64,000 nucleotides of DNA from Bdellovibrionaceae bacterium UBA6776 (lineage in GTDB: Bacteria > Bdellovibrionota > Bdellovibrionia > Bdellovibrionales > UBA1609), in contig DKGG01000039.1 of NCBI GenBank assembly GCA_002453155.1, forward strand, positions 3,714-67,713. Direction: 5' to 3'. Numbering within the stretch: position 1 is the first letter of the stretch; each line of letters starts with the position of its first letter. The notes beneath the pieces are model-generated. The model was not told the DNA's origin and ran no database searches. It saw only the letters and a program-made list of their open reading frames with translations. Shown one piece after another: positions 16,619-26,896 of this stretch. The position numbers and the translations under genes are program-made.

Positions 16619-18556
16619 TCAAAGCGGGGTAATTTGACCGTCCTTAACTGTCAGCGCCAAGATGGGCTTCTCAATTTGATGGTTCTCATTCATGACGGCA
16701 CTTCCGCCAATGGTCGAAAAGCTCCCTAATCTCGAGAGGGCTTGGGCCAATTCTTCCCGGTCATCGGCCCCTCTAGAGATCAATTGTTTCAAAATCTGCG
16801 CAGTTTCATAACCTTGAGCTTCAAAAAGTCCCGGCTCCTCGCCAAAAACTTCAACATAGTGCTTAAAGAACTGAGATCGAGAAAGCTGGTCTGAAAAGTT
16901 GATGGCTGCATCTACAAAAACAGCACCTTCCACATTTTTTTGTCCGCGTCGAACAAACTCTGCTGTATTCCAAAGGTTGGTCCCCAAAAGCTGCAGTTTC
17001 CCAATGCCCAAATATTCGAGCATGGGAGCCACCTGGCCAATGGTCTTAGGTCCGTCAGCAACAAAAAGTGCATCGAAATCTACGATGGGGGGAAGCAAGT
17101 CTTCAGGAACTTCTTTTCGAGATCCTTTCTGTTGGTCATTCCAATTTTTAAGTCGTCTTTTATATTCCACCTGACGGTCTTCCACATAATAAGTACCCAC
17201 AAGGCGTTTAATGGAATCTCTAAAATCTGTTTCATCAGAACCGTAAGATTGAGCGGCAGAAATCTTTCCACCACGCTTTTCGACTTCATCCCAAAATAGG
17301 TTGGCGTATTCCACACCATAGGCATCGTTGGGAAAAAGTATGGCAAACTTTTTCAAGTTCATTTGATCCATGGCCACGGAAACCAATTTTTGGATCAGGG
17401 CTTTGGAATTGATGGAGTTTTGAAAAACCAAAGGACCTTCATTTGTTAAAGAGGAGATTTGCGCCAAATGAACACTGGGCACTCCAATCTCATTGGCCTT
17501 GCGAGCAATGATAGGAGCCGTCTTACTGAGAATACTTCCAGTAATTGCAATCACGTGATCTTTTAAAACCAAATCTTCCACCGCATTGGCGGCTGTTTGT
17601 GAGTTCACACCGCTGTCTCGAACCGACAATTTATAAGGAGTGCTCGAGTCATCAAAGAGACCTAGACCAAGTTCCAGTCCGTTAAGTACTTTTTGAGAGA
17701 CCGCTTCATAACGCCCAGAAAGAGGCAAAGCCACTCCGATGGAGCGCCAGTCCACTTCACGAGCGGCGCGGAATTGCTCCAAATATCTTTGTGCTTGCTG
17801 ACCAGAAGGGGAATCGGATTTGAACCGGACCGATTCGCGGAAAAAATCTTGGGCATCAGATCGTCTGCCAGCTTGAAGTTCGGCCAGTCCCACTCGGTAA
17901 GCACAATAAGATTTATAACTGTCTAAGATGGGCTCCATCAAAAGCCCGCGCAGTCCGCGCAAATCAATCTTATGTAGGATAGGAATTCCAGAAGTTTCTA
18001 AGAGGTCTCGTTTGGAAGAATCGGGCTCTTGGGAAACCAAATAGCTCAACGAAACCAAAGCTTGAGAAAGGTCTCCGGTGTCCTTTAACAATGAAAATCG
18101 AAGTTGATGAAGTTCATGGGCGACTTTTTGTGAGAGGTTTGAAAGCTTGAGTCCTCGATCAGTCATGGTCAAAGCTTCATCCACTCTTCCAAGTTTGGTC
18201 AGGGAAAGAGCCGCTCCCAAAGTGGCTTGATCTTCGTTGGGACTGACCACGGGGCTTTGAACCACCTGAACAAAATATTCGTAGGCCATTTTGTAATCTT
18301 TGTCGGTGTAGTAAATGCGGCCCAAGGTCATCAATGCAGAATCAGCCACATCCGAATTGGGGTGGGTTTGGACCAATGACTTCAGTTTTGCAATGGCGTC
18401 TTTTTTCGAAGTCTTTCGATTTTTACTCAAGTCTTGTTGAGCCTGTTCCAGTTCGGATTGTGCTTTTGGAGGCGCTTGAACCAGAGGCTCTTTCTTGGGT
18501 CCGGTTTGACATGAGGTCAGGGCGAGAAGAACAAAGGCGGCGAAAATTTTTTTCAA
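16619..18556 (-). CDS. Lipoprotein with N-terminal TPR repeats and a C-terminal type-1 periplasmic-binding (LivK/LpoA-like) domain
   Basis: Lipobox LLALTSC. TPR-like repeats span roughly aa 60-260. The C-terminal half ([24 protein letters not shown]..., [19 protein letters not shown]) resembles branched-chain amino-acid-binding and LpoA folds. It overlaps the upstream J-protein gene by 4 nt. Confidence 0.7.
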   Translation of the reverse strand: MKKIFAAFVLLALTSCQTGPKKEPLVQAPPKAQSELEQAQQDLSKNRKTSKKDAIAKLKSLVQTHPNSDVADSALMTLGRIYYTDKDYKMAYEYFVQVVQSPVVSPNEDQATLGAALSLTKLGRVDEALTMTDRGLKLSNLSQKVAHELHQLRFSLLKDTGDLSQALVSLSYLVSQEPDSSKRDLLETSGIPILHKIDLRGLRGLLMEPILDSYKSYCAYRVGLAELQAGRRSDAQDFFRESVRFKSDSPSGQQAQRYLEQFRAAREVDWRSIGVALPLSGRYEAVSQKVLNGLELGLGLFDDSSTPYKLSVRDSGVNSQTAANAVEDLVLKDHVIAITGSILSKTAPIIARKANEIGVPSVHLAQISSLTNEGPLVFQNSINSKALIQKLVSVAMDQMNLKKFAILFPNDAYGVEYANLFWDEVEKRGGKISAAQSYGSDETDFRDSIKRLVGTYYVEDRQVEYKRRLKNWNDQQKGSRKEVPEDLLPPIVDFDALFVADGPKTIGQVAPMLEYLGIGKLQLLGTNLWNTAEFVRRGQKNVEGAVFVDAAINFSDQLSRSQFFKHYVEVFGEEPGLFEAQGYETAQILKQLISRGADDREELAQALSRLGSFSTIGGSAVMNENHQIEKPILALTVKDGQITPL

Positions 18557-19557
18557 GAAGAACCTCTATTTCTAAATAGCTTTTGAACCTGTTCTTTGTA
18601 GCTTTTCACAAGGGGAGACTGTTCTCCAGCAGATCTTAAAGCTTCCAAAGCCTTCCGTTCGGAATCGTTCAATTCATTCGGAATATCAATAATCACTTTA
18701 ACGAGCATATCGCCCGGTGCATACCCACCAATATCAGGAAATCCCTTTCCTTTAAGACGAAAGACCTGGCCTGGGTGAGTGCCAGCGGGGATTTTCAAAT
18801 TGGCTTTTCCAGTTAACGTTGGAATAGAGACGTTTGTTCCCAAAAGTGCATCCACAAAGGAAACAGGCAGCTCCAAGAGCACATCGTTGTCCCGTCTTTT
18901 AAACAGAGGATGGGGAAGAAGTTGCACAATCACATACAAATCTCCCGGCTTGGAAGTTCCTAAAGGTTGGTCGCCTTCGGCACGAAGTTTTAGGCGCTGA
19001 CCTTCTTTGACTCCTCCGGGGACGCTGATGGAAAGCTTCGCCGCATCTTCCTTGCCACCACGGTCTCGAATAAAGCTGATTTTTTTCTCGCAGCCAGTGG
19101 CCGCTTCTTCCAAACTGATGGAGAGGGAGTAGCGCAAATCACTCCCCCGCGTTTGCCGAGGCCCTCCGGAAGCACGTCCACCGCCGGAGAAAACATCTCC
19201 AAAAAAGTCGCCGAAAAAATCGTTGAAGCCTTCTGGCCCCCCACTTCGAGGGTCAAAGCCTCCGCTAAAGCCCCCAAATCCTCCGGCAAAACCACCGGGT
19301 CCCGCACCAGGTCCACCAGGTCCTCCTGCGGCACCGGGACCGGCAAAACCAAACTGGTCGTACATTTTTCGTTTTTTATCGTCTTTTAAAACTTCGTAGG
19401 CTTCCGAAATTTCTTTGAACTTTGCTTCGGCCTTTGTGTCGCCGGGATTCTGATCGGGGTGAAACTTTAAAGCCAACTTTCGATAGGCTTTTTTAATTTC
19501 ATCTGCGCTGGCAGATCGAGAAACCCCAAGTACCGCGTAATAATCCCTTTTGGCCAC
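18553..19557 (-). CDS. J-domain co-chaperone, CbpA/class-II DnaJ type (no zinc-finger domain)
   Basis: J domain [33 protein letters not shown], a long G/F-rich linker and C-terminal substrate-binding domains. There are no CxxCxGxG repeats. Confidence 0.85.
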   Translation of the reverse strand: MAKRDYYAVLGVSRSASADEIKKAYRKLALKFHPDQNPGDTKAEAKFKEISEAYEVLKDDKKRKMYDQFGFAGPGAAGGPGGPGAGPGGFAGGFGGFSGGFDPRSGGPEGFNDFFGDFFGDVFSGGGRASGGPRQTRGSDLRYSLSISLEEAATGCEKKISFIRDRGGKEDAAKLSISVPGGVKEGQRLKLRAEGDQPLGTSKPGDLYVIVQLLPHPLFKRRDNDVLLELPVSFVDALLGTNVSIPTLTGKANLKIPAGTHPGQVFRLKGKGFPDIGGYAPGDMLVKVIIDIPNELNDSERKALEALRSAGEQSPLVKSYKEQVQKLFRNRGSS

Positions 19558-19563
19558 GTGAGA

Positions 19564-20085
19564 TTACCCCTTCTCTTTGGGTTCTGTGGCGACCACCACT
19601 TGGGCAGGACGCAAAAGTCGATCGTTGTAAGTGTAGGCCTTTTTAAAAACTTGAGTGATATGACCGTTTGGAACTTTGTCTGTTGGTTCCGAGCTTAAAG
19701 CTTCATGCATGTTGGGGTCGAAGGCCTTTCCTTCGCAGTTTACTTCTTTCACACCAAATTTTTGCAGAAGGCCACGCATTTCAGAAACAATCATTTCCAC
19801 TCCAGAAGCCAAACTTTCTTTGGTTTCTTCACCGGTGTGGGCAATCAAAGCGCGTTCCATGTTGTCCATAACCTCCAAGAGGTCACGCAAAACCCGTTCG
19901 TTTCCAAACTTCACCAATTCGGAACGTTCTTTGATGGCATTTTTCTTATAGTTTTCAAAATCTGCCGCCAAATAGAGGTAATCTTGCTTGGCTTGCTTCA
20001 GTTGTTCTTCAAAATCAGGGGTGTCATTCTCAGATGTGGTTTCGGCCGAGGTTTCGGTATTTTCGTTTTTCAATTCTTCGCTCAT
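19564..20085 (-). CDS. grpE: Nucleotide exchange factor GrpE
   Basis: 173 aa. It has an acidic N-terminus, YLYLAADFENYKKNAIKE (GrpE signature region) and the C-terminal beta domain GYTYNDRLLRPAQV. Confidence 0.9.
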   Translation of the reverse strand: MSEELKNENTETSAETTSENDTPDFEEQLKQAKQDYLYLAADFENYKKNAIKERSELVKFGNERVLRDLLEVMDNMERALIAHTGEETKESLASGVEMIVSEMRGLLQKFGVKEVNCEGKAFDPNMHEALSSEPTDKVPNGHITQVFKKAYTYNDRLLRPAQVVVATEPKEKG

Positions 20086-20149
20086 GAGTTCTCCTGAGTC
20101 GGGGCTTAAACATCTCTAAGCCTTCAATATGGGAGAGTTTTTCTCAATG

Positions 20150-21331
20150 TCAATCTGACGGGAGATCTTCTTTCAGGAAGGTCAATCTTGCGTAAATCAG
20201 GTTGCTTTTCAGCTCGCCTTCCGGTGTCAATCTCCAGTGATTTTCTTCCTTTTTAAGGAGCTGATCTTCAACCAAGCCGAGAAGATTCTTTTCGATCAAA
20301 GTCTGGGCGGGCTTCGGGAATTTCTGCAGCGCAGCCAAAGGCAGGCCATCGAGGGTACGAAGGTACATGTGGCAAAGGTCCGTCATGGCTTCGTGAAGTT
20401 TCAGTTCCTCTCTTTGGTCCTCTGAATGGAAATCGGAAATCCGATCGCCACTTCGCTGAACCTCACTGGGATAGGCTTTGATGGATTTTGTGTTCCAAAA
20501 GCGCGTTCCATATTCGCCCGCTCGGGGATCGTAGGAGTGACTGCTCAAACCAACTCCCCAGTAGGGGCGATCGTTCCAATAGCTAAAATTGTGAACGGAC
20601 TCAAAGCCAGGGCGAGAAAAGTTAGAAAGTTCGTATTTGAAAAGATGGATCTTTTTTAGCTGAGATTCAATTTCCGAAAACATCTCCACCTGAACCTCTT
20701 CAAGCGGTCGATGAAAAGACATGGGATGTCCCTCGGGAACTGTTAAACAGTAAGTGCTTAAGTGAGGTGGAGCCCAATCTAATATTTCATCCAAATCTTT
20801 TTGAAGCTGCGACAGAGTTTGATGGGGAAGCGCAAAGAGAAGATCAAAAGAGTAATTGAGATCCCGAGAGTTCAACATTTGCAAAGTCTGGCGAGTGTCA
20901 TTGGCATCGTGCTTTCGACCCGCATTTTTCAAAAGAGTGTCATCAAAAGTCTGTGCGCCCACACTGAAGCGATTGATTCCTGCACTTAAGTACTGGTCCA
21001 AACTTTTTTCGGTCAGTGTTGCGGGATTTATTTCGATTGTGATCTCTGTGGTGGGATGGATTTCAAAACCAACGTTGGCGAGATGCTTCAGAGTGGATAT
21101 GATAAGCTCAGGATCGACGAGGCTTGGGGTGCCCCCACCAAAATACAAGCTATTGAGCTGACGCTCTTTCCAAATCGAATTCCTTTGTTCAATTTCCTTG
21201 AAAAGGTCATTGAAGTATTTTTCAGGACGGTAGATCTCTGTGGCTTCGAAAGTTGTGAAGTCACAGTATCTGCAGCGCTGAAGGCAATAGGGTGTATGGA
21301 CGTAAATGGATAAGCTCACAACAGGAGTCAT
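20150..21331 (-). CDS. hemW: Radical SAM HemN-like protein (heme chaperone HemW / oxygen-independent coproporphyrinogen oxidase family)
   Basis: LSIYVHTPYCLQRCRYCDF contains the CxxxCxxC radical-SAM cluster motif, followed by LYFGGGTPS. I prefer the ATG at 21331 (MTPVVSLSIYVH...) over the tracked TTG at 21355, by analogy with HemW N-termini. Confidence 0.85.
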   Translation of the reverse strand: MTPVVSLSIYVHTPYCLQRCRYCDFTTFEATEIYRPEKYFNDLFKEIEQRNSIWKERQLNSLYFGGGTPSLVDPELIISTLKHLANVGFEIHPTTEITIEINPATLTEKSLDQYLSAGINRFSVGAQTFDDTLLKNAGRKHDANDTRQTLQMLNSRDLNYSFDLLFALPHQTLSQLQKDLDEILDWAPPHLSTYCLTVPEGHPMSFHRPLEEVQVEMFSEIESQLKKIHLFKYELSNFSRPGFESVHNFSYWNDRPYWGVGLSSHSYDPRAGEYGTRFWNTKSIKAYPSEVQRSGDRISDFHSEDQREELKLHEAMTDLCHMYLRTLDGLPLAALQKFPKPAQTLIEKNLLGLVEDQLLKKEENHWRLTPEGELKSNLIYARLTFLKEDLPSD

Positions 21332-21334
21332 GAA

Positions 21335-23935
21335 TTGAAGTGCCGAAAAATTCAACTAAAAAACGGATTGAAAGTCTTACTCGTTGAAAGTCACAAATCT
21401 CCGGTGGTTTCCGTTCAAATGTGGGTGCGAACTGGCAGTGCAGATGAATTGCCGGGGGAAGAGGGAATCAGTCACTTTATTGAACATTTGGTTTTTAAGG
21501 GCAGCGAGTCCTTCAAAGTGGGTGAAATTGCGGCCACGGTAGAGGCCTCAGGAGGCCAAATCAATGCCTACACATCGTTTGATCAAACGGTCTTTTACGT
21601 CACGTTGTCCAAGCAATTCGAAGACACAGGACTCAAAGTGATTTCTGAAATGATGGGAAGCCCCCTATTTGACGAAGAGGAAATTGATCGCGAACGAGAA
21701 GTGGTCGTTGAAGAAATCAAACGAGGTCAGGATTCTTTGAATCGACAGGCCAGCCGACTTTTATTTTCGACGCTTTATAAAGGACATCCTTACGAAAAGC
21801 CTGTGATTGGATACGAAAAAAATGTGCGTGAGTTTTCTCAGCAGCAAATTCAAGATTATTTCAAAGGTCGATACAATCCCAAAAACATGTTTCTTCTTGT
21901 GGTGGGCGACTTCAACTCCAAAGAAATGAAAGAGAAAATCAAAGAGCATTTTGGAAAGTTTAAAGAAAACCCTTTAAGAAAAACCAAAAGATCAAAATGG
22001 AGTTTTGATGACCACAAAAAGTTGGTCGTTAAGGAAGGAAAGTTCAAAGAGACTTTGGTTTATTTGACCTGGCCTTTGCCCAAAGCCAGTCACAAAGACA
22101 TGCAGGCCCTTGAGGTGTTGGCGTTGATTTTGGGACAAGGGGAAAGTTCGCGGCTCCATAAATATTTACGTCTTCAAAAGGCTTCGGTGCTTGGATCTGG
22201 AGCCGGTGTGTTTTCTGCAAAAGACTCTGGCTTTATGGCGCTGACCTCTTCGCTGAAGGGAGAAAAGCAGGAAGAGTTTTTTAAAGACATGATTGAGGCT
22301 TTAACAGAGTTTGTGGACAACCCACCCACACAAGAAGAATTGGACAAAGCAAAGGTCAATTTTTTCAGTGAACAATTTTACTCGATGGAAACTGTGGATG
22401 GTCTGGCTCGAAAATATGGTCACTACGAAGATCTTTTTGAAGACCCGGATCACTTCGAAGAAATTTTAGAAACTATCAAAACTATGGAACTGAAAGATCT
22501 TATGAAGGTCTTTCGAAAATATCTAAAACCTGAAAAGTTAAAAATCATTTCAATGACCGAGGAAGGCTGTTCGGAAAAAGTAAAAGTTTCTGCGCGGAAG
22601 TTTGTGAAATCCTACGTCAAAGTCTTTGATCGAAAGAGCCCTTCCTTAAAAGGATTGAAAAAAGGAAAATTTAAGGCTTTTCGAATGCCAGCTTCTAAAA
22701 ATGTTTTAAAGGAAACCGATTACTTTGAGCAGGTAAAGCTGAATGGCGGAGCTCAATTGATTTATCGGCCCAGTTTTGACACCCCGGTGGTGAGCTTAAG
22801 AGCGGGCCATTTGGGTGGAGCTCGTTTCGAATCCGAAGGATCCTTTGGCGCGGCAGAGTTGCTATCCAGAGTTTGGATGTCTGGATCAGATCAACTTTCA
22901 GAGGATGAGATCAATGCAAAAATGGAATCCTTGGCGTCTTCGGTTTCCTCCTTTGCGGGTCGACACACCATTGGAATGTCACTGACCACATTGACGTCCT
23001 TCTTTGATCCGTCACTGGAGCTGTTTTCGGATCTTTTGAGAAAGCCCAGCTTTCCTGAAAATGTTTTGCAGCGGGAAGTTCAATCTATGAAAGACCAGAT
23101 TGCTATGAGATCGGATCATCCCGCGCAGTACTGCATGCTCCAATTTATGCAGGAAATGTTTAAGGATCATCCCTATGGGAGAGACCCTTTCGGTGGCGAG
23201 AAATCCTTGGAACATCTTGGTCAAAAAGAAGTTCGCGAAATTTGGAAAAAATCGTTAGGGCCTAAGGGTCTTGTGATCAGCTGCTCTGGCGCTATTGAAA
23301 AGAACAAACTTGTAGAAAGTTTGAATGGAATGATTGAAAACTGGAAGGATGAATCTGTTCCGTTTCCTCGGATTCCATTTAACGGACTTTCTGAATCTCG
23401 AAAAATCGTAAAAGATTTTGAAAAAGAGCAAACCCATATCGTTTTGGGCTATCCGGGCTTGGATTTAAAAGATGAAGATCGATATGCGCTGAACATCATT
23501 CAGGCGGTGCTTGCGGGACAGGGGGGAAGACTCTTTGTAGAACTCAGAGACAAAGCTTCTTTGGCATACTCGGTTTCACCTTTGAGAATGGAAGCTTTGG
23601 AGGGAGGATATTTCGGGGCCTACATAGGTTGCACTCCTTCCAAAACAAACAAGGCCATCGAGATGATGAGAAATGAATTTGACCGTATCAGCTCTACAAA
23701 AATTTCCACGGCAGAGTTGGAGCGTGCAAAAAGATATTTGATGGGCCGTCATGACATTGACCTTCAAAGAAATGCTAGCTTGAGTTCGAGTTTGATGTTC
23801 GATCAACTGTATGGAACGAATCCCACGGAAACTTTTGAGTTCGCAAAACACATTGAGCCTATTGGTTTGGATGAAGTGCTCAAAGTTTCTCAAAGAATCT
23901 TTGGGCAGCAGCACGTGCTTTCTATTGTCTCATAA
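21335..23935 (+). CDS. M16-family zinc peptidase, double-length (active plus inactive halves fused)
   Basis: 866 aa. It has the inverted zinc motif HFIEHLVFKG (HxxEH) near the N-terminus and a second M16-like repeat in the C-terminal half. The TTG start is preceded by AGGAG at 21323-21327. Confidence 0.85.
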   Translation: MKCRKIQLKNGLKVLLVESHKSPVVSVQMWVRTGSADELPGEEGISHFIEHLVFKGSESFKVGEIAATVEASGGQINAYTSFDQTVFYVTLSKQFEDTGLKVISEMMGSPLFDEEEIDREREVVVEEIKRGQDSLNRQASRLLFSTLYKGHPYEKPVIGYEKNVREFSQQQIQDYFKGRYNPKNMFLLVVGDFNSKEMKEKIKEHFGKFKENPLRKTKRSKWSFDDHKKLVVKEGKFKETLVYLTWPLPKASHKDMQALEVLALILGQGESSRLHKYLRLQKASVLGSGAGVFSAKDSGFMALTSSLKGEKQEEFFKDMIEALTEFVDNPPTQEELDKAKVNFFSEQFYSMETVDGLARKYGHYEDLFEDPDHFEEILETIKTMELKDLMKVFRKYLKPEKLKIISMTEEGCSEKVKVSARKFVKSYVKVFDRKSPSLKGLKKGKFKAFRMPASKNVLKETDYFEQVKLNGGAQLIYRPSFDTPVVSLRAGHLGGARFESEGSFGAAELLSRVWMSGSDQLSEDEINAKMESLASSVSSFAGRHTIGMSLTTLTSFFDPSLELFSDLLRKPSFPENVLQREVQSMKDQIAMRSDHPAQYCMLQFMQEMFKDHPYGRDPFGGEKSLEHLGQKEVREIWKKSLGPKGLVISCSGAIEKNKLVESLNGMIENWKDESVPFPRIPFNGLSESRKIVKDFEKEQTHIVLGYPGLDLKDEDRYALNIIQAVLAGQGGRLFVELRDKASLAYSVSPLRMEALEGGYFGAYIGCTPSKTNKAIEMMRNEFDRISSTKISTAELERAKRYLMGRHDIDLQRNASLSSSLMFDQLYGTNPTETFEFAKHIEPIGLDEVLKVSQRIFGQQHVLSIVS

Positions 23936-24050
23936 TGAGAATTGATCATTAAAGTTTAGACGGTGTTTAAAGTTTTTTCGTTCAGAATCAAGAGATTAGC
24001 CTAAAGTTGGATCGACTTTTGCTCGACAAGACTATTGTCGGGGGGTCTCA

Positions 24051-24593
24051 ATGAAAGTTAGAGCCATAGTCGTTTCTGTCGCCTGTTTGGGCTTATTGGT
24101 GGGTTTTCAAAACTGTGGTGGTGCTGTGGGTCCAAGTGCACCAGACGCCCTGGGGTCCTCTCCAACGCCCACTTCCAAAGCTTCTTTGTCTGGGACTTAT
24201 GAAGTGAACAAATTTATTGCCACAAGCAGCTGTCCTGATTTGGACACCACCGAACTTGAAGTGGAATGTGCTGCAATTTACGAAGAGGAAGCTGCAAGCA
24301 GCTCTCATACGGTAGAGTTTCAGTCAGACGGTACTCTGGTGGTGCAAGGTCCTTGCAACACCTTTTATGGTCAGTATGAATATCAAACCAGTGGATCTCT
24401 GGGCCAGCTTCGAATTTCAGATCTTTTAGGCACTTCTGCAAATTGTGGAAATGCCATTGATAAAGAGGAAGAAGATCTTCTTTTGAAGCGATTGGGGAAA
24501 GCTGTCCGCACGGTTTCCGATGGACCAGACTCCATAACCATCTACACGGATCAAAGCTCGGCAATTTCCATTGCGAAAAGCTCCAATTATTGA
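24051..24593 (+). CDS. Lipoprotein with a META (HslJ-like) domain
   Basis: Lipobox LLVGFQNCGG. The pattern GPCNTFYGQYEY...LRISDLLGTSANCG...EEEDLLLKRLGKAVRTV resembles META domains. Confidence 0.6.
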   Translation: MKVRAIVVSVACLGLLVGFQNCGGAVGPSAPDALGSSPTPTSKASLSGTYEVNKFIATSSCPDLDTTELEVECAAIYEEEAASSSHTVEFQSDGTLVVQGPCNTFYGQYEYQTSGSLGQLRISDLLGTSANCGNAIDKEEEDLLLKRLGKAVRTVSDGPDSITIYTDQSSAISIAKSSNY

Positions 24594-24769
24594 AGCGATC
24601 AAAAAAATTTAGATCTCAAATGAACATTGTTTCAGAATGATCCAGTTCTCCTGGCTATACATCCAGGAGACCGCTCTGAGGACCCATCTCCAGGTGAATT
24701 CACGATAAATTAGTAGTTAAAAGATTCCGAAAAGAATCTAAGGCTATTTTATTGTGAGGTGAAGGTTTC

Positions 24770-25408
24770 ATGGGTTCAGAGGAAGGTCGCAAATCCCTCA
24801 AAGGATCAGAACTGTTTGTCAGTTCCAAAGAATACTTTTCAGAAGAACTGGAAAGTGCATTGAAACATTTTGGCTTTGATCCCCATCCACTTTCAAAGAC
24901 CTATTTGGTCGATCTTTTGGAAAGATTTATGCTTCCAGAAAATCTATATGAAGTGGATCAAGAAACAGGAAAGTACAAGCGAGACACCTTGGCCGAAATG
25001 TACCTGAGAGCTCAAAATGAAAACTCGTCACGGGTTCGCATGGACCTTTTTCGTCGTCTTGGAGACACCAGTCTATATATCAGTGGATTTTTTGGAGACT
25101 CGCTCAATCGAAAAATCGTTGATATTGATTACTATGTAGATATGGGTGGAGTGGCCTATGGAAGTGTGGCCAGAGAAGTTCAAGATTCCTCTATGGCCGA
25201 AGTCTACGGATGCTTTTCCACTCGGTTTGTGGAGTTCGTGGATGTGTTGACCTTTATTTCTCAAAAGTCACAAGTTCAAACCGATCAGGATCTTTTAAGG
25301 CTGTACGACCGCTATTTGGCAACCGGATCAAAATTGGCAGAGGATCAGTTGCTTGAGAAAGGTGTGTTAAACAGCGAATTGAGCAAAGCCAAGGGAATCA
25401 AACAATAG
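24770..25408 (+). CDS. Hypothetical cytoplasmic protein (212 aa)
   Basis: ATG preceded by GAGGTGAAGG. I recognised no signal peptide and no family motif. Confidence 0.55.
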   Translation: MGSEEGRKSLKGSELFVSSKEYFSEELESALKHFGFDPHPLSKTYLVDLLERFMLPENLYEVDQETGKYKRDTLAEMYLRAQNENSSRVRMDLFRRLGDTSLYISGFFGDSLNRKIVDIDYYVDMGGVAYGSVAREVQDSSMAEVYGCFSTRFVEFVDVLTFISQKSQVQTDQDLLRLYDRYLATGSKLAEDQLLEKGVLNSELSKAKGIKQ

Positions 25409-25459
25409 ACATCAATTTAGATTCGTTGATACGCTTAGGCCTCGTAAAGAGGTTTCTGA

Positions 25460-26530
25460 ATGTCACGTTTTCTAAAGCCGCGCAAAAAACGCAAAGGACT
25501 TCCTCCCGGTTCCTTAGTCTATCTGGGTGAATCTAAAAATGTTCCTGTAGAGATGACTTTGATTTCTTACAGCCCCGATTCTGTTGACGAACGACGATTG
25601 GTCGATCTTCATGAAGCAGCCAAACTTGCGACCAATCCCAAAAACGTTTCTTGGTTAAACATTACGGGCTCAGTTGAAAAATCCATTATGGTGGATGTGG
25701 GTGAGCGGTTTGGAATTCATTCGCTATGGTTGGAAGATGTTTTAAACACCGATCATCGACCCAAAGTAGAAGAGTTGGACAATCTGATCTTTGTGATTGT
25801 GAAGCTACCAAAGCTTGAAGACAAAGACTCGGGAAAAGTCTCCTTCGAGCAGATCAGTATTTTTCTTGGGGAAGGCTTTGTGATTTCCTTTCAGGAACAT
25901 CCCGCAGACACCTTTTCCTCTATCAAAGAGCGCATTCAAAAAGGACTGGGGAACGTGCGGTCAGCACAGGCGGATTATCTTTTCTATGCTCTGATCGATC
26001 GGGTCATCGATGATTATTATGACGCCGTTGAAAACCTCGGTGCACGTGTTGAGAAATTGGATGCACAGCTGCGCGAAGAGATGGACGACTTTGATTCCCA
26101 CAAAATTATCGAACTGAGAAATGAATTTTTGTTCCTTCGAAAATCGGCGGTGCCGATTCGTGATTCCTTGAAATCCATTCTTTCCAGCAAGAAAGATGAG
26201 ATTCAGCAATCCACAAAAAGGTATTTTCGAGATGCCTATGACCACTCCATTCATATTGTGGAAACCATTGACGGGTATAGGGAGCTTTTAAAAGGCCAGG
26301 TGGACGCTTACCAAAACATGCTGAATCAGCGGATGAACGAGGTGATTAAGGTTTTGACGGTCTTTGCCACCATATTTACGCCTCTGACCTTTATTGCCGG
26401 GGTTTATGGGATGAATTTTAGGTACATGCCAGAGCTTACTTGGCAGGGCGGGTATTTTTTTTCCTTAGGTTTAATGTTGGTTGTCGCGCTGGCTCTTCTT
26501 TACTACTTTAAGCGAAAGCGCTGGCTTTAG
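25460..26530 (+). CDS. corA: Magnesium/cobalt transporter CorA
   Basis: 356 aa. It has a cytoplasmic N-domain, two C-terminal TM helices and the YGMNF (GMN) signature. Confidence 0.9.
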   Translation: MSRFLKPRKKRKGLPPGSLVYLGESKNVPVEMTLISYSPDSVDERRLVDLHEAAKLATNPKNVSWLNITGSVEKSIMVDVGERFGIHSLWLEDVLNTDHRPKVEELDNLIFVIVKLPKLEDKDSGKVSFEQISIFLGEGFVISFQEHPADTFSSIKERIQKGLGNVRSAQADYLFYALIDRVIDDYYDAVENLGARVEKLDAQLREEMDDFDSHKIIELRNEFLFLRKSAVPIRDSLKSILSSKKDEIQQSTKRYFRDAYDHSIHIVETIDGYRELLKGQVDAYQNMLNQRMNEVIKVLTVFATIFTPLTFIAGVYGMNFRYMPELTWQGGYFFSLGLMLVVALALLYYFKRKRWL

Positions 26531-26539
26531 GAGAGGTCC

Positions 26540-26896
26540 ATGTTCAACCTTGGGTTTTCGGAATTGATTTTACTGGCAGTTGTGGCGTTGGTTTTTATCG
26601 GCCCCAAGCAGCTGCCCGAAGTGGCCCGCATGATTGGCCGCCTGATCAACGAATGGAAACGGGCCACCTCTGATTTTTCCATGTCCATCAAAGACAACGA
26701 AGCTTTCCGGGATTGGGAGCGACGAAAGAATGAATATTTGAATGATCTCAATGACCAGGTTCACACCACTCCCGATCAAATGAAATCTCAAGAGCCCATG
26801 GTGGAGGAAATGCCGCCGGTGCAACAGAGCTCGCCCGGGAAAGACGCACAACTTAGCCTCAATTTGGATGGCGATTCCGAAGGAAGTGACAAGTGA
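26540..26896 (+). CDS. tatB: Twin-arginine translocase subunit, TatB-like (TatA/B/E family)
   Basis: The N-terminus MFNLGFSELILLAVVALVFIGPKQLPEVARMIG matches the TatB-type pattern (compare E. coli MFDIGFSELLLV...GPQRLP). It overlaps tatC by 4 nt. Confidence 0.8.
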   Translation: MFNLGFSELILLAVVALVFIGPKQLPEVARMIGRLINEWKRATSDFSMSIKDNEAFRDWERRKNEYLNDLNDQVHTTPDQMKSQEPMVEEMPPVQQSSPGKDAQLSLNLDGDSEGSDK

